A stretch of DNA of 64,000 bases from a virus (IMGVR_UViG_3300034161_000018:1-64000); one strand, 5' to 3'. Shown: positions 46,798 through 55,592, numbered from the stretch's first letter. Notes: generated from the sequence alone by a model not told the origin. Numbers and translations are program-made.

Positions 46798-47508
46798 TTA
46801 GTAGGTCAGTGAAACGCGGCGTTTGCCGAGCGGTCGGTTGAAATGGTCGGCCAGTGTTGTGTCGGCGTAATAACCTTTCGAGTTCAAGTAGCAGCGGTAC
46901 GCGACGGCTTCCGCTTCGTCTTGGTCTTCTTCACCAAAATAAAGGTCGTCGTATTTCACCGCGCAAATGTCGGTGTGGTCGCATTCGGTAATCAGAATCT
47001 GGTGAAATTCTTCGCCATACAGAAAACCTTTGATATGGTCTTCGTTGTCGGCGTCGTCGCCGGTGTATTCCGAAAGCAGGCGATTGGTGTCAACTGCCGT
47101 GCGGCTGTTGCTGAATTCCACAAACGACATAAACTTGCCGTCGTCTTTGTGAACAATTTCCATGAAGTCGAAACCCGTAGGAACGCGGATAACGTGGACG
47201 CTGTTTTCCAAAAGATTGCGACGATTGTGCGGCAAGTTGTAGTAGAGTTCAGCGACCGGCGACAGGCAAAGCGCGGCACGCAAAACAGTTTGGTAATCGC
47301 CCTGCATGATTGCAACCGGCGTCGTGATATGCGCGTTTTGCTGGTTGCGGATTTCAACGAGGAACACGCCGTAACGATTGTCCTCGGTGTCGAAAGTTTT
47401 TGCAATGTCTTCCAGTTGGCGTTTGTTGCGCGGCAGTGCGAAAGCGCTCAACAAAACATTGCCGTAAGATTGGTTGCTTACGTTTGTAGCCAGTTCCAAA
47501 TAACGCAT
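46798..47508 (-). CDS. hypothetical protein
   Basis: 236 aa; AGGGG RBS. Confidence 0.85.
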   Translation of the reverse strand: MRYLELATNVSNQSYGNVLLSAFALPRNKRQLEDIAKTFDTEDNRYGVFLVEIRNQQNAHITTPVAIMQGDYQTVLRAALCLSPVAELYYNLPHNRRNLLENSVHVIRVPTGFDFMEIVHKDDGKFMSFVEFSNSRTAVDTNRLLSEYTGDDADNEDHIKGFLYGEEFHQILITECDHTDICAVKYDDLYFGEEDQDEAEAVAYRCYLNSKGYYADTTLADHFNRPLGKRRVSLTY

Positions 47509-47539
47509 GGTGATTTTCCCCTGAAATGTTTGCAGTGAA

Positions 47540-48049
47540 TTAGTTTGCAGCTTCGGTCAGGCCGTCGTCTTCGTCTTTCAACGACGGCAGTTGTTCGTGC
47601 TTTTCTTCGCCGTAGGCCAGCAGTGCCATTGCTTCCAGAACCGGCATTGAAACGTTGTCGTTCTTGTCGGTGAAGTATGGCGTCACGCTCGCGAAGTCGT
47701 CGAGGTACGAAATGATTGCGAACGGTGCCCAGCGGGAAACGCGACCATCACTGCAAACAACGCGGTGACGAAATCCCGAATCATTCCAACCGGCGCCAAC
47801 TTCTTTGGTTTCGATCTTGTAGGTTTTCGGCAGCGCACTTTCCAAAACAGTTTCGCTGATTTCGATGTTGCTCGCGAACCCGATAACTTCATCGACGGTC
47901 AGGTCGGAAAGTTTCTTGCCGGTGAAATGGCTCAGGCGTACAACGTTGCCGTCCGCAATGCGGAACCCGTAACCGCGACCGATACGCACAAATGAAATCG
48001 GCAGGTCTTTCAGGCGGGCATTAACTTCTTCAAACTTTTGCTCAGACAT
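47540..48049 (-). CDS. hypothetical protein
   Basis: 169 aa. Confidence 0.85.
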   Translation of the reverse strand: MSEQKFEEVNARLKDLPISFVRIGRGYGFRIADGNVVRLSHFTGKKLSDLTVDEVIGFASNIEISETVLESALPKTYKIETKEVGAGWNDSGFRHRVVCSDGRVSRWAPFAIISYLDDFASVTPYFTDKNDNVSMPVLEAMALLAYGEEKHEQLPSLKDEDDGLTEAAN

Positions 48050-48070
48050 TTCGATTGTCCCTGAATAGAT

Positions 48071-48093
48071 CGGAGCGCCGAAAGGGCGCCCCG
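48071..48093 (-). terminator. GC-rich hairpin after 48105 gene
   Basis: CGGGGCGCC-CTTTC-GGCGCTCCG; weak U tail. Confidence 0.45.
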
Positions 48094-48104
48094 TGTTGCG
48101 GTGA

Positions 48105-49589
48105 TTAGTTGCGCGCTGCGGTCACTGCCGCCGAAACGGCTTCGGTGCAGATTGCAGATTTCTTGGCGAGGTCAATCAGGCGCTCGCGAATCTTTTTGTC
48201 GGTGAAACCTTTGTGGGCAATATCAACCGCCACACAAATGCGTTCCAGTTCTTCGCGGGTCGTGTGCGACAAACTATCGCGCAGCGAAATGATTTCGTTG
48301 GATTCTTTCGGTTCGGCGAAGTCGTCATCTTCTTCGTCGTCTTCGTCTTCGTCCTCGAAATCTTCTTCGTCTTCTTCTTCGTCGTCCACCAGATCAAAAG
48401 TTTCGTTGAACCGTTCCTGTGCCGCGTGCAAATCAGCCTCGGAACTGGCAATTAAAACAGTGACCATCACGGTTTCGTTGTCGTGAACAGTTTTCGCGTC
48501 CAGAACAACAACCGAAGGGTCAGCGGTGAACGCTTTGTGCATTGCGAGCTTCGCGACTTCGTGGATGCTCTCAACTTTTTCGTTGCTCAGCAGAATGCGC
48601 GCCGGGGTTTCTTCTTCTTCTTCGTCGTCGATTTCTTCCGCTTCAAATTCGTCATCGTCCGAATCATCTTCGTCTTCGTCGTCTTCCATTTCGACTGTTG
48701 GGTCGAAGCCGAAGTCTTCCCACTCGCAAACATTTGCAACGAACGGTTCAAACTCCAGCAAAATATCTGAACCTTCGGTCAGGCGGCTTTCGTCCGCCAA
48801 ATCCGTAATCGCATCTTTCAGTTCACTGAGAATCTGGAAAGGCGATTCAAAGTAAGCTGGTTTGAAACGCTCGCTCGGAATGGCCGGAATGTTTTCGACC
48901 GATTCTTTGAAGTTGTTGCGTTCTTCTTTGCGGCGGTAATCGGCGAAGTCGATCAACTGATAACCGAGTTCGACGATTGAGTCGCGGTCGAAACCGAGTT
49001 TGTTTGGCAGAGTTGCCGGAATGAACGTGGCGCGTTCTTCTTCGGTCGCATCCTGTTTCGGGGTTTTGACTTCCAACCCTTCTACCAGCGACAGCAGCGA
49101 CGAATAGGAAACCAGACGTTTCAAATTGTTTGCAGCAACCGCCAGCGATTCGGTCGGCCAGATACCGATTACTTCACCGCCGAGAGTAACGCGGGTCAAT
49201 TGCAAATCGCCTTCGTAATCTTCCGGCGAGAATTCGTTGCCGTCCACGTCGTCGCGAACCACGATCAAAACATCACCGTCTTCGTCCGGCTCCAGTTCGT
49301 CGCGGCATTCTTCCAGTTCTTCCAACAAACCGGAAACCAGTTCTTCGCCTTCAACCAGCGTCAAACATTTTGCTGGCGAGTAACCGACGAAAAGATTCAC
49401 TTCCAAATCTTTGTTCAACGTCGCCAGCAGGTAATCGTTTTCGCGACCTTCTTTATCGGCGGCGTCCGGATTGATTTCAGGGTAACTACCCACAACTGCG
49501 GCGAACCCATAAAGTGCTTGCGGTTGCACTTCGCCGTTTTCGTCCATTGCGCGAATGATTACACGTTGGCCGTTTTGGTATTGTTGCAT
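48105..49589 (-). CDS. very acidic protein with possible C-terminal HeH/Rho-N-like motif; first gene after cassette 4
   Basis: 494 aa; long D/E tracts; LSHTTREELERICVAVDI..KIRERL. Confidence 0.9.
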   Translation of the reverse strand: MQQYQNGQRVIIRAMDENGEVQPQALYGFAAVVGSYPEINPDAADKEGRENDYLLATLNKDLEVNLFVGYSPAKCLTLVEGEELVSGLLEELEECRDELEPDEDGDVLIVVRDDVDGNEFSPEDYEGDLQLTRVTLGGEVIGIWPTESLAVAANNLKRLVSYSSLLSLVEGLEVKTPKQDATEEERATFIPATLPNKLGFDRDSIVELGYQLIDFADYRRKEERNNFKESVENIPAIPSERFKPAYFESPFQILSELKDAITDLADESRLTEGSDILLEFEPFVANVCEWEDFGFDPTVEMEDDEDEDDSDDDEFEAEEIDDEEEEETPARILLSNEKVESIHEVAKLAMHKAFTADPSVVVLDAKTVHDNETVMVTVLIASSEADLHAAQERFNETFDLVDDEEEDEEDFEDEDEDDEEDDDFAEPKESNEIISLRDSLSHTTREELERICVAVDIAHKGFTDKKIRERLIDLAKKSAICTEAVSAAVTAARN

Positions 49590-49642
49590 GGGTGAATCTC
49601 CTGAATTGTTTGTGTGTTGCCTGTGCGGGCAAGGTGCCCTTA

Positions 49643-49755
49643 AACTTCCGCTAACTCGTAAGTGTCAACATGCGGGGTGCGGATTTCCCAGCTAAGACAT
49701 TGTATCATACTGGCCCCGGATTGGAATAGCCTACGCTTACGCGCTAGGGTACGTT
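49643..49755 (-). promoter_or_regulatory. promoter cassette 4
   Basis: -35 TTCCAA (49721-26), 16 bp, TGaTACAAT (49699-704). Sites 49643-662 (- CTTACGAGTTAGCGGAAGTT) and 49736-755 (+ CTTACGCGCTAGGGTACGTT). Confidence 0.85.
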
Positions 49756-49781
49756 CCCCCGGCCCGTTTTCCGGAATCCAG

Positions 49782-49812
49782 AAACGCGAAAGGGGAACCG
49801 CAATGGCTCCCC
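49782..49812 (-). terminator. intrinsic terminator upstream of cassette 4
   Basis: GGGGAGCC-ATTGC-GGTTCCCC-TTTCGCGTTT. Confidence 0.7.
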
Positions 49813-49818
49813 AATCGT

Positions 49819-50436
49819 TTACATATCGTCGTCGTCGAACTCGTCCGAATCGTCGTCTTCATCTTGAACGCGCCGCGCCTTTTTCTGAGGCTGGCCGTTA
49901 ACTGGAACGCAACCGTTTGGAATGGCGCGCAGAATCCACGGTTTGGTTTCGAGCAACGTCCGGCGTTGTGTTTGCAGTCGGTCGCGTGCGTCTTCCAAAT
50001 CGTCCAGCGGGTCATTCACCGCCGAACCCAAAACATTGCGCAGCGATTCGATTGCCGCGTTTACGTGCGCAATGTCGGAGTCGATTTTGTCGAGTTGTGC
50101 TTGTTCCTGAATCGCCAACACTTCCAAAACGTTTTTCGCGAACTGAACTTTCTCGCGCTGGTTTACAGGCAGACGCCAGCCGGGAGGCGCCGCTTGGATT
50201 TTCGTAGTGCGTCCGGGCGATACCTGTTCCACTTTCGGGAACTGATTGGTTTCCACCAGATAGTTGCGAATCAGGCGTTGCACGGCGCGGCCATTCATCG
50301 TGGTGAAAAACAATTGCGCGCCGGTAGGTTCAACCAGTTCGATCACGCTTTGCGCTTGCTGTGCAGAAAGTTCGGGCGCAATTTGGCGCAGCCGTTCTTC
50401 CAACATTTTTACGATTTCAACCCGCTTAACAGTCAT
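49819..50436 (-). CDS. hypothetical protein with coiled coil and acidic tail
   Basis: 205 aa. Confidence 0.85.
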   Translation of the reverse strand: MTVKRVEIVKMLEERLRQIAPELSAQQAQSVIELVEPTGAQLFFTTMNGRAVQRLIRNYLVETNQFPKVEQVSPGRTTKIQAAPPGWRLPVNQREKVQFAKNVLEVLAIQEQAQLDKIDSDIAHVNAAIESLRNVLGSAVNDPLDDLEDARDRLQTQRRTLLETKPWILRAIPNGCVPVNGQPQKKARRVQDEDDDSDEFDDDDM

Positions 50437-51104
50437 GCCATTTCCCTTTCGGTTTTGGTTAGGAACGCGTCAATCTTTTTGCGGATACGCGACGTGCCGA
50501 TCAAGGCTAGGCCGTTCTCCACTCTCTGAATATCTTTTACAGTTTCCAGAATCTCTGCCGCCATTTCCTCACGGCGGATATGCAGCGCCTTGCGACGGAG
50601 CAACAACCGGTTGGCTTCTATTTTGAAAGTGTCGCGGCGCCGTTTCCAAATTGGAGCCATCGCAGGTTTGCGTTCCAAACGTTTTGCTTTGTGTTGTTCG
50701 GCAGCTTGGCGACCGGCTACAACATCGGCCATCAGTTCCGGGTCGTCGTCTTCTAAAGCGATTTGTTCAAGTTCTGCATCCCACGTCGATTCGTAAACAA
50801 ATGGCGTGTCGCCGGGGCTTTCGGAAATGTAGTTCTGCAATGCGTCCAACACTTTCGGCTCAATGTTTGCACTCGGCACGTCATCGAGAATTGGCAGAAT
50901 GGTACGGGCCAGAAACTCGTTGCGTTCATTGATTTGGCGATGCAGGTTCGCCATGTTTGCGGAAACCGAAGGATCGAGTGCAACCGCCACGTTCCACTGA
51001 ATCAGATTTTGCAACGTGGTCATTGGATCAGCCGGATCGAAGTCACAGTGGCTGATAATGCAAAGTTGTTCAACTGCGGTTTGGAAAGTGAATGATTCAC
51101 TCAT
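50433..51104 (-). CDS. hypothetical protein
   Basis: Start moved to MSESFT; LIQWNVAVALDPSVS motif. Confidence 0.8.
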   Translation of the reverse strand: MSESFTFQTAVEQLCIISHCDFDPADPMTTLQNLIQWNVAVALDPSVSANMANLHRQINERNEFLARTILPILDDVPSANIEPKVLDALQNYISESPGDTPFVYESTWDAELEQIALEDDDPELMADVVAGRQAAEQHKAKRLERKPAMAPIWKRRRDTFKIEANRLLLRRKALHIRREEMAAEILETVKDIQRVENGLALIGTSRIRKKIDAFLTKTEREMA

Positions 51105-51444
51105 TTTCGCTAATGTCCTTTTTCGATTTCTTTGGAACGACAGGGCCGTCAACCAGATAACTGAGTGGGGCTTCGGTTAGAACACGCTCAAGGTTTCGGG
51201 CCAGCCGGGTTTCGCGGGCGGTTTCCAAACGGGCGCGCATTCTGATTTCGGAAAGCTGGGCTTCGCGCAAGTCGAAATATTTCTTGGCGAAGTCGTCGCG
51301 TTCAACTTCCGTTTGTTTGCAGCGTTGCTTCCACATTGCGGCGCGCATAAAGTCACCGATCCACAGAAGCAAAAACAGAATGGCCAGCAGTATCGCTACT
51401 GCCAGCCAGAAGTTTGAAATGAAGTCGTCGAAGTTTAGCGTCAT
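51097..51444 (-). CDS. TM plus coiled-coil protein
   Basis: 115 aa. Confidence 0.8.
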   Translation of the reverse strand: MTLNFDDFISNFWLAVAILLAILFLLLWIGDFMRAAMWKQRCKQTEVERDDFAKKYFDLREAQLSEIRMRARLETARETRLARNLERVLTEAPLSYLVDGPVVPKKSKKDISENE

Positions 51445-52049
51445 TCTGTTTTCCTCAGATCATGGTAAACACATTTGGAATATTTCTTGGCGAAAGCCAG
51501 AATCTCGCGGCGCTGTTTGAAAGGCAGCGTGTTGAAAAACTCGGGGTTGTTGCAGCAAACAACGTGTTCCGGTTTTACTGTTTGGGCCAGCGCAACAACG
51601 TGTTCACCTTCGTCACCATTCCCGCCATTCAAATAACCTTGCGCAGCGAGGCGGTGCGTTTCGTTTGCCCACAATGCCGCTTCCTTAAACGCGGCCTCCA
51701 CGTCGAGGATGCGGCCAAACTTTTCAATTTTCACCACAATCCAATCGGTCGGGCGTGCGCTGTTTGTTGACGCGTACTGCAAATCGAATCCAGCAGCGTG
51801 CGTAGGGCAATCGGTTGTGCAAACAATTTTGCCGGGAACGAGAGAGTCCAGTTGGTCGCGGTGCATTTTCCGGTAAACAAATTCCGGCATGGGCGACGAT
51901 TGTTTGCCGATCAATTCAGCGGCAGCCAACGCCCCGGACACGCAATAAACCCGGTGGCGTTTGTGGCGATACCGACTGTTGATCCATTCGTCACCGTTTA
52001 CGTGATAGGCCAAATGTTTGATGATTTGGTCGGCGGTGCGTTTGTTCAT
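51441..52049 (-). CDS. putative ADP-ribosyltransferase (R-S-E / exotoxin-like fold)
   Basis: Ordered motifs YHVNGDEWINSRYR, FVYRK, LVPGKIV, CTT..AAGF, IVVKI..G.ILDV, DEGEHVV. Confidence 0.55.
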   Translation of the reverse strand: MNKRTADQIIKHLAYHVNGDEWINSRYRHKRHRVYCVSGALAAAELIGKQSSPMPEFVYRKMHRDQLDSLVPGKIVCTTDCPTHAAGFDLQYASTNSARPTDWIVVKIEKFGRILDVEAAFKEAALWANETHRLAAQGYLNGGNGDEGEHVVALAQTVKPEHVVCCNNPEFFNTLPFKQRREILAFAKKYSKCVYHDLRKTE

Positions 52050-52324
52050 CGACGCGTTCTCTTTTCGTCCAAACGTTTGTGCAGAATGCGGATTGCTTCA
52101 CTGCCTTCTTGAACCGTTTTAACCAAGGTCATGATGTGCGCGTGCTGTTCCATATTGTTCAGCAGCAAATCAGCGTTGCCCTTTTCCAAAACCTTGATGT
52201 GCTGGTTCCGAATTTCAGACATTTTCTTGTGGTGGTTTTTCCGAAGCCACAAAGTCAGCACCAGACAGCCAACGGTGAGACATGCCATAACGACTTGAGC
52301 CAATGCCGAGTATTTTCCAAACAT
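52046..52324 (-). CDS. TM plus coiled-coil protein
   Basis: 92 aa. Confidence 0.8.
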   Translation of the reverse strand: MFGKYSALAQVVMACLTVGCLVLTLWLRKNHHKKMSEIRNQHIKVLEKGNADLLLNNMEQHAHIMTLVKTVQEGSEAIRILHKRLDEKRTRR

Positions 52325-52325
52325 T

Positions 52326-52769
52326 TCAAACCTCCTTGATTGCGCGTCGGGCGTGGTCAGTGAACTGTTTGTTCAACCATTCCAGATTACAGTCGCGCAT
52401 GAAATAAACGATGTTGCCGTTTTCGGTAACGCCTTGCTCAACATCTGCCGGGTCGATGTGTTCAGCCATTCCATCGCGGAACGCTGTGATTTCGTCGGCG
52501 CGGCGATCCAACACAAACTGGTATTCTTCCAAACTTTTTTGGTCGCGACTTTGGTTGAACATCACAACCATCGTCAGGTCGTTGCTGGTTTCGTTTTCGT
52601 CACGGAGGCGCCAAACAAAGCGGCGCATCTTGCCGGGGGCCATGCTGGATTCCGCCATTTCGACAACGCCTTTAAAGCAGACGCCGTGATACTGCGGATT
52701 GTGGCCGAGCACTTTCAGAAAATCTTCTTTGGACATTGAAGCATCGACCAGCGCAGCGCAGAAAATCAT
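52326..52769 (-). CDS. hypothetical protein
   Basis: 147 aa. Confidence 0.8.
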   Translation of the reverse strand: MIFCAALVDASMSKEDFLKVLGHNPQYHGVCFKGVVEMAESSMAPGKMRRFVWRLRDENETSNDLTMVVMFNQSRDQKSLEEYQFVLDRRADEITAFRDGMAEHIDPADVEQGVTENGNIVYFMRDCNLEWLNKQFTDHARRAIKEV

Positions 52770-52993
52770 TTTGGTTCGTCCTTCGGGAAAACCCGTTCTT
52801 TGGTCACAGCGTTGTAGACGTGAAAGCCGACTGGATTAATCTCGCCCATTTCAGCAGCGCACGTTTTCGCATTTTGTTCGTCTTGAAATTCCGCGCCAAT
52901 CTTTTCGCGGTTGATGTAACCGGTGCGATTCAGGGTCGGGCCGAAATACGGTTTGCCGGTGTAGGCACGGCTGGCCTTGATAACGTGAAACAT
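52766..52993 (-). CDS. hypothetical protein
   Basis: 75 aa. Confidence 0.75.
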   Translation of the reverse strand: MFHVIKASRAYTGKPYFGPTLNRTGYINREKIGAEFQDEQNAKTCAAEMGEINPVGFHVYNAVTKERVFPKDEPK

Positions 52994-52994
52994 T

Positions 52995-53279
52995 TTATTC
53001 GTCCTTTAATTGGCTGTTCGTAAAACCGAGGATTGGGATTTTCATGTACGTGCTGCAAACTAAATAGGTGTCCCAACCAATGCGCGCATCCGGGCCGTAG
53101 GCTTCGACACGAACTGTTTGCAGCGTCAGTTCCCGGTCGAGTTCTTCTTGCGTGAACGGGAAACCAGATTCCAGCGCCAGCTTTTTCGCGTGGGCGATCA
53201 CTGCGCTTTTCGTTGGTTCCAGTTCGACAACCGTTTCCATTGAAGCGGCAAGCGAGCCGCGATGTTCGCGAAATTTCAT
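52995..53279 (-). CDS. hypothetical phage protein
   Basis: MKFREHRGSLAASM..DARIGWDTYLV. Confidence 0.8.
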   Translation of the reverse strand: MKFREHRGSLAASMETVVELEPTKSAVIAHAKKLALESGFPFTQEELDRELTLQTVRVEAYGPDARIGWDTYLVCSTYMKIPILGFTNSQLKDE

Positions 53280-53288
53280 TTTGAATCC

Positions 53289-53597
53289 TCAGTGCAGAAC
53301 AGGAATGACGGATTCGATTTCGCCACCAAACAAACCGAAAGTGCTGGAGCGCAATTCATCGTCCGGCCACGGCTTCATCCGGTTTTCATCTTTCCAGATT
53401 GTGTCGGCGTCCATTTGCACGACGATGGTGTCAGGGCAGCGGCACTGATTATCGCGAATTCCCAAAACGGTGCCAGTGCCGGTCGTGCCGTGGCGGGTCT
53501 TCACTTTCACGCGGTCGCCCTTCTTGATGATTAAGCGGCCCGAATCAGACTCGAAAGAATCCAGCAGACCAGAAGTGTTTACAGTTACGTCATTCAT
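53289..53597 (-). CDS. small protein with SH3/KOW-like strand pattern
   Basis: IKKGDRVKVKTRHGTTGTGTV. Confidence 0.7.
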   Translation of the reverse strand: MNDVTVNTSGLLDSFESDSGRLIIKKGDRVKVKTRHGTTGTGTVLGIRDNQCRCPDTIVVQMDADTIWKDENRMKPWPDDELRSSTFGLFGGEIESVIPVLH

Positions 53598-54199
53598 TTT
53601 ACAGCCTCCGAAATGTTGAGAGAGTTGACTGCGGCAATCATTTTGTCGAGTCGGGCTTTGAAACTCTTAAACGATTTGAATTCGATTCCCCACGCTTCAC
53701 ACTCACCCAACACGTCCCACTGGCTTGTTGTGAGTTTGGTTTGGTTGTGGGCCTTCATCCCCTCAGTGGTCGCGTTAATTGAGTAGGCCAAATAATCTTC
53801 GTCTTTGCATTTCGAGTTTCCCATCGGGACTTCGATGTTGACTTCGATAACCGCGCCGGATTTACCAATTGGCAGCGAAAACCTTTGTTCGCCGAAAAAC
53901 TCGGAATGGTTCCAAACAGTTGGAACTTCAAACTGCGGGTCTTTGTGTGCGTAATGTTTGCGGTCGAGTTTGAATCCGGCGTCAACCAAAGCGGCTGTCG
54001 ATTTGGTGAAAGCAGGCAGCAACTTTTCCAACGGGGCGCGGCGTTGTGCGATAAAAGTTTCCGGCGCTATCTTGTGGGTCTGTCCATAGCTCAGAACTAA
54101 AGCACGTTCGCGCAGCGGGCGCAGTTGGGCTTCCAGTCGGGCGATTTTCTTTTTCAGTTCTGCGGCTTCGTCGGCGTGTGCTTTAGTGAAACGTGCCAT
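53594..54199 (-). CDS. hypothetical protein
   Basis: 201 aa; AAGGA RBS. Confidence 0.85.
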   Translation of the reverse strand: MARFTKAHADEAAELKKKIARLEAQLRPLRERALVLSYGQTHKIAPETFIAQRRAPLEKLLPAFTKSTAALVDAGFKLDRKHYAHKDPQFEVPTVWNHSEFFGEQRFSLPIGKSGAVIEVNIEVPMGNSKCKDEDYLAYSINATTEGMKAHNQTKLTTSQWDVLGECEAWGIEFKSFKSFKARLDKMIAAVNSLNISEAVK

Positions 54200-54226
54200 G
54201 ATTCGATTCCTTGAAATGTTTGCAGG

Positions 54227-54508
54227 TTAAACGGTGAAGTGGAATTCTTCGACCGGCATTGCGACGGCGCGGCTTTCTGCGCGGTTCCAGTCGCACGCGT
54301 AGAAACGTTCGCGAACCAGCATGTCGTTTTTGTCGCGGCATTCCAGAATCACAACACACGACGATTCATACGTGCAAAGCTTGTTGGCCTGTTCGACCAT
54401 AAACTTTTCGGTCGTGTTGAAATGTTGGAACAGGCGAGTACGCATTTCGTCGCGGATTTCAAAACCCACAACCTTGTTGCCTTTCGGTGAAATTTTAATC
54501 TTGGCCAT
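54227..54508 (-). CDS. hypothetical protein
   Basis: Start moved to MAKIKI (AAGGGG RBS). Confidence 0.75.
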   Translation of the reverse strand: MAKIKISPKGNKVVGFEIRDEMRTRLFQHFNTTEKFMVEQANKLCTYESSCVVILECRDKNDMLVRERFYACDWNRAESRAVAMPVEEFHFTV

Positions 54509-54518
54509 GTCTATCCCC

Positions 54519-54719
54519 TTACCATTCTGCGTATGCTTGTTTGCCCAATGCAACAACTTGAGCGACCGAAAGTTTGTCGAGCGGTTCATCGGTCAGGTCT
54601 TCTAACCGGGCTTTCGTATCGCGGAAGTGGAAAGCGTAGCTGCCACCGGCGCCCAACCGAAACTCAATTCCGGTTCCAATCAATTCGCGATTCACCGCGT
54701 CAGTGTTTACGTGTGCCAC
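54519..54719 (-). CDS. hypothetical protein
   Basis: Probable GTG start at 54719 (GAGGA RBS). Confidence 0.65.
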   Translation of the reverse strand: MAHVNTDAVNRELIGTGIEFRLGAGGSYAFHFRDTKARLEDLTDEPLDKLSVAQVVALGKQAYAEW

Positions 54720-54747
54720 GATTCTGTCCTCTGAAAATGTTTGCAGT

Positions 54748-54894
54748 TTAGATCGAGCTACGGAAACGGCGCTGTGCATTACGAACCTGTTGTTCGCGGG
54801 CCTGTTCGGCTTCGATCAGTGCGCTATTCCACTGCCAAGTTTTGCGGGCAGTGCGGGAGGTTTTGTTTTCGGCGGTCTGAGTGTTTGTACGCAT
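54748..54894 (-). CDS. small protein; first gene after cassette 5
   Basis: Hand-translated 48 aa MRTNTQTAENKTSRTARK...; GGGGA RBS. Confidence 0.55.
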   Translation of the reverse strand: MRTNTQTAENKTSRTARKTWQWNSALIEAEQAREQQVRNAQRRFRSSI

Positions 54895-54944
54895 GGCAAT
54901 GTGTCCCCAATTATTATGTTTGCAGGAAGGTGGCGGTGTGCCTG

Positions 54945-55058
54945 AACTTCAGTTAAGTCGTAAGTGTTAACTTGCGGGCTGGTGTTTCCCGAGTATTGAC
55001 ATTATCCCATAGCGGGCCGGGATTGGAAATCAGTTACCCTTACGGCCTAGTGTACGTT
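54945..55058 (-). promoter_or_regulatory. promoter cassette 5
   Basis: -35 TTCCAA (55023-28), 16 bp, TGgGATAAT (55001-06). Sites 54945-964 (- CTTACGACTTAACTGAAGTT) and 55039-058 (+ CTTACGGCCTAGTGTACGTT). Confidence 0.85.
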
Positions 55059-55081
55059 CCCGTCTGGTTTCCGGGGGCCAG

Positions 55082-55115
55082 AAACGACGAAAGGGCAGCA
55101 CAGGGCCACCCTTTC
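55082..55115 (-). terminator. intrinsic terminator upstream of cassette 5
   Basis: GAAAGGGTGGC-CCTGT-GCTGCCCTTTC-GTCGTTT. Confidence 0.65.
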
Positions 55116-55118
55116 GGT

Positions 55119-55589
55119 TTACACAACAGCCGCCAGCGGAGTTACGCGCAGTCGGTCGTCCAAACGTTTGAACAGTTGCAGGATGTAGCTGACTTGGAAA
55201 TAAAGTTCTTCCGAGTCTTCGTGAATGCCAAACGTTTGTTGCAGCGCTGCCAGAATACGCCGAGCCAATCCGGTCGAACCGATGCTCAGTTTTTCCAAAA
55301 TCAGCAAACGCGTAAACAAATCAAAAACCACGGATGGTTCTTTGCCGGAGCGCACAGCCAGTTGGGCCAAACCATTCAGCGTCGGTTCGATTGCCAACAA
55401 CCCGATTGGGTTTTTGATTCGGAAACCGATTGGTGCCGAAACGTTTGGATCACCGCTGTGAATCGCTTCGACGTAAAAATGGTCACGCACATGCTCGCCA
55501 ATATCTTCGGCAGTCAGCGGAATGTCAGAGCCGAAAACCGTGACGCCTTTGTAGTGCCAGTCTTCGACGTGTTCTGGAAGTCGTTGCAT
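55119..55589 (-). CDS. hypothetical protein
   Basis: 156 aa. Confidence 0.85.
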   Translation of the reverse strand: MQRLPEHVEDWHYKGVTVFGSDIPLTAEDIGEHVRDHFYVEAIHSGDPNVSAPIGFRIKNPIGLLAIEPTLNGLAQLAVRSGKEPSVVFDLFTRLLILEKLSIGSTGLARRILAALQQTFGIHEDSEELYFQVSYILQLFKRLDDRLRVTPLAAVV

Positions 55590-55592
55590 GTT

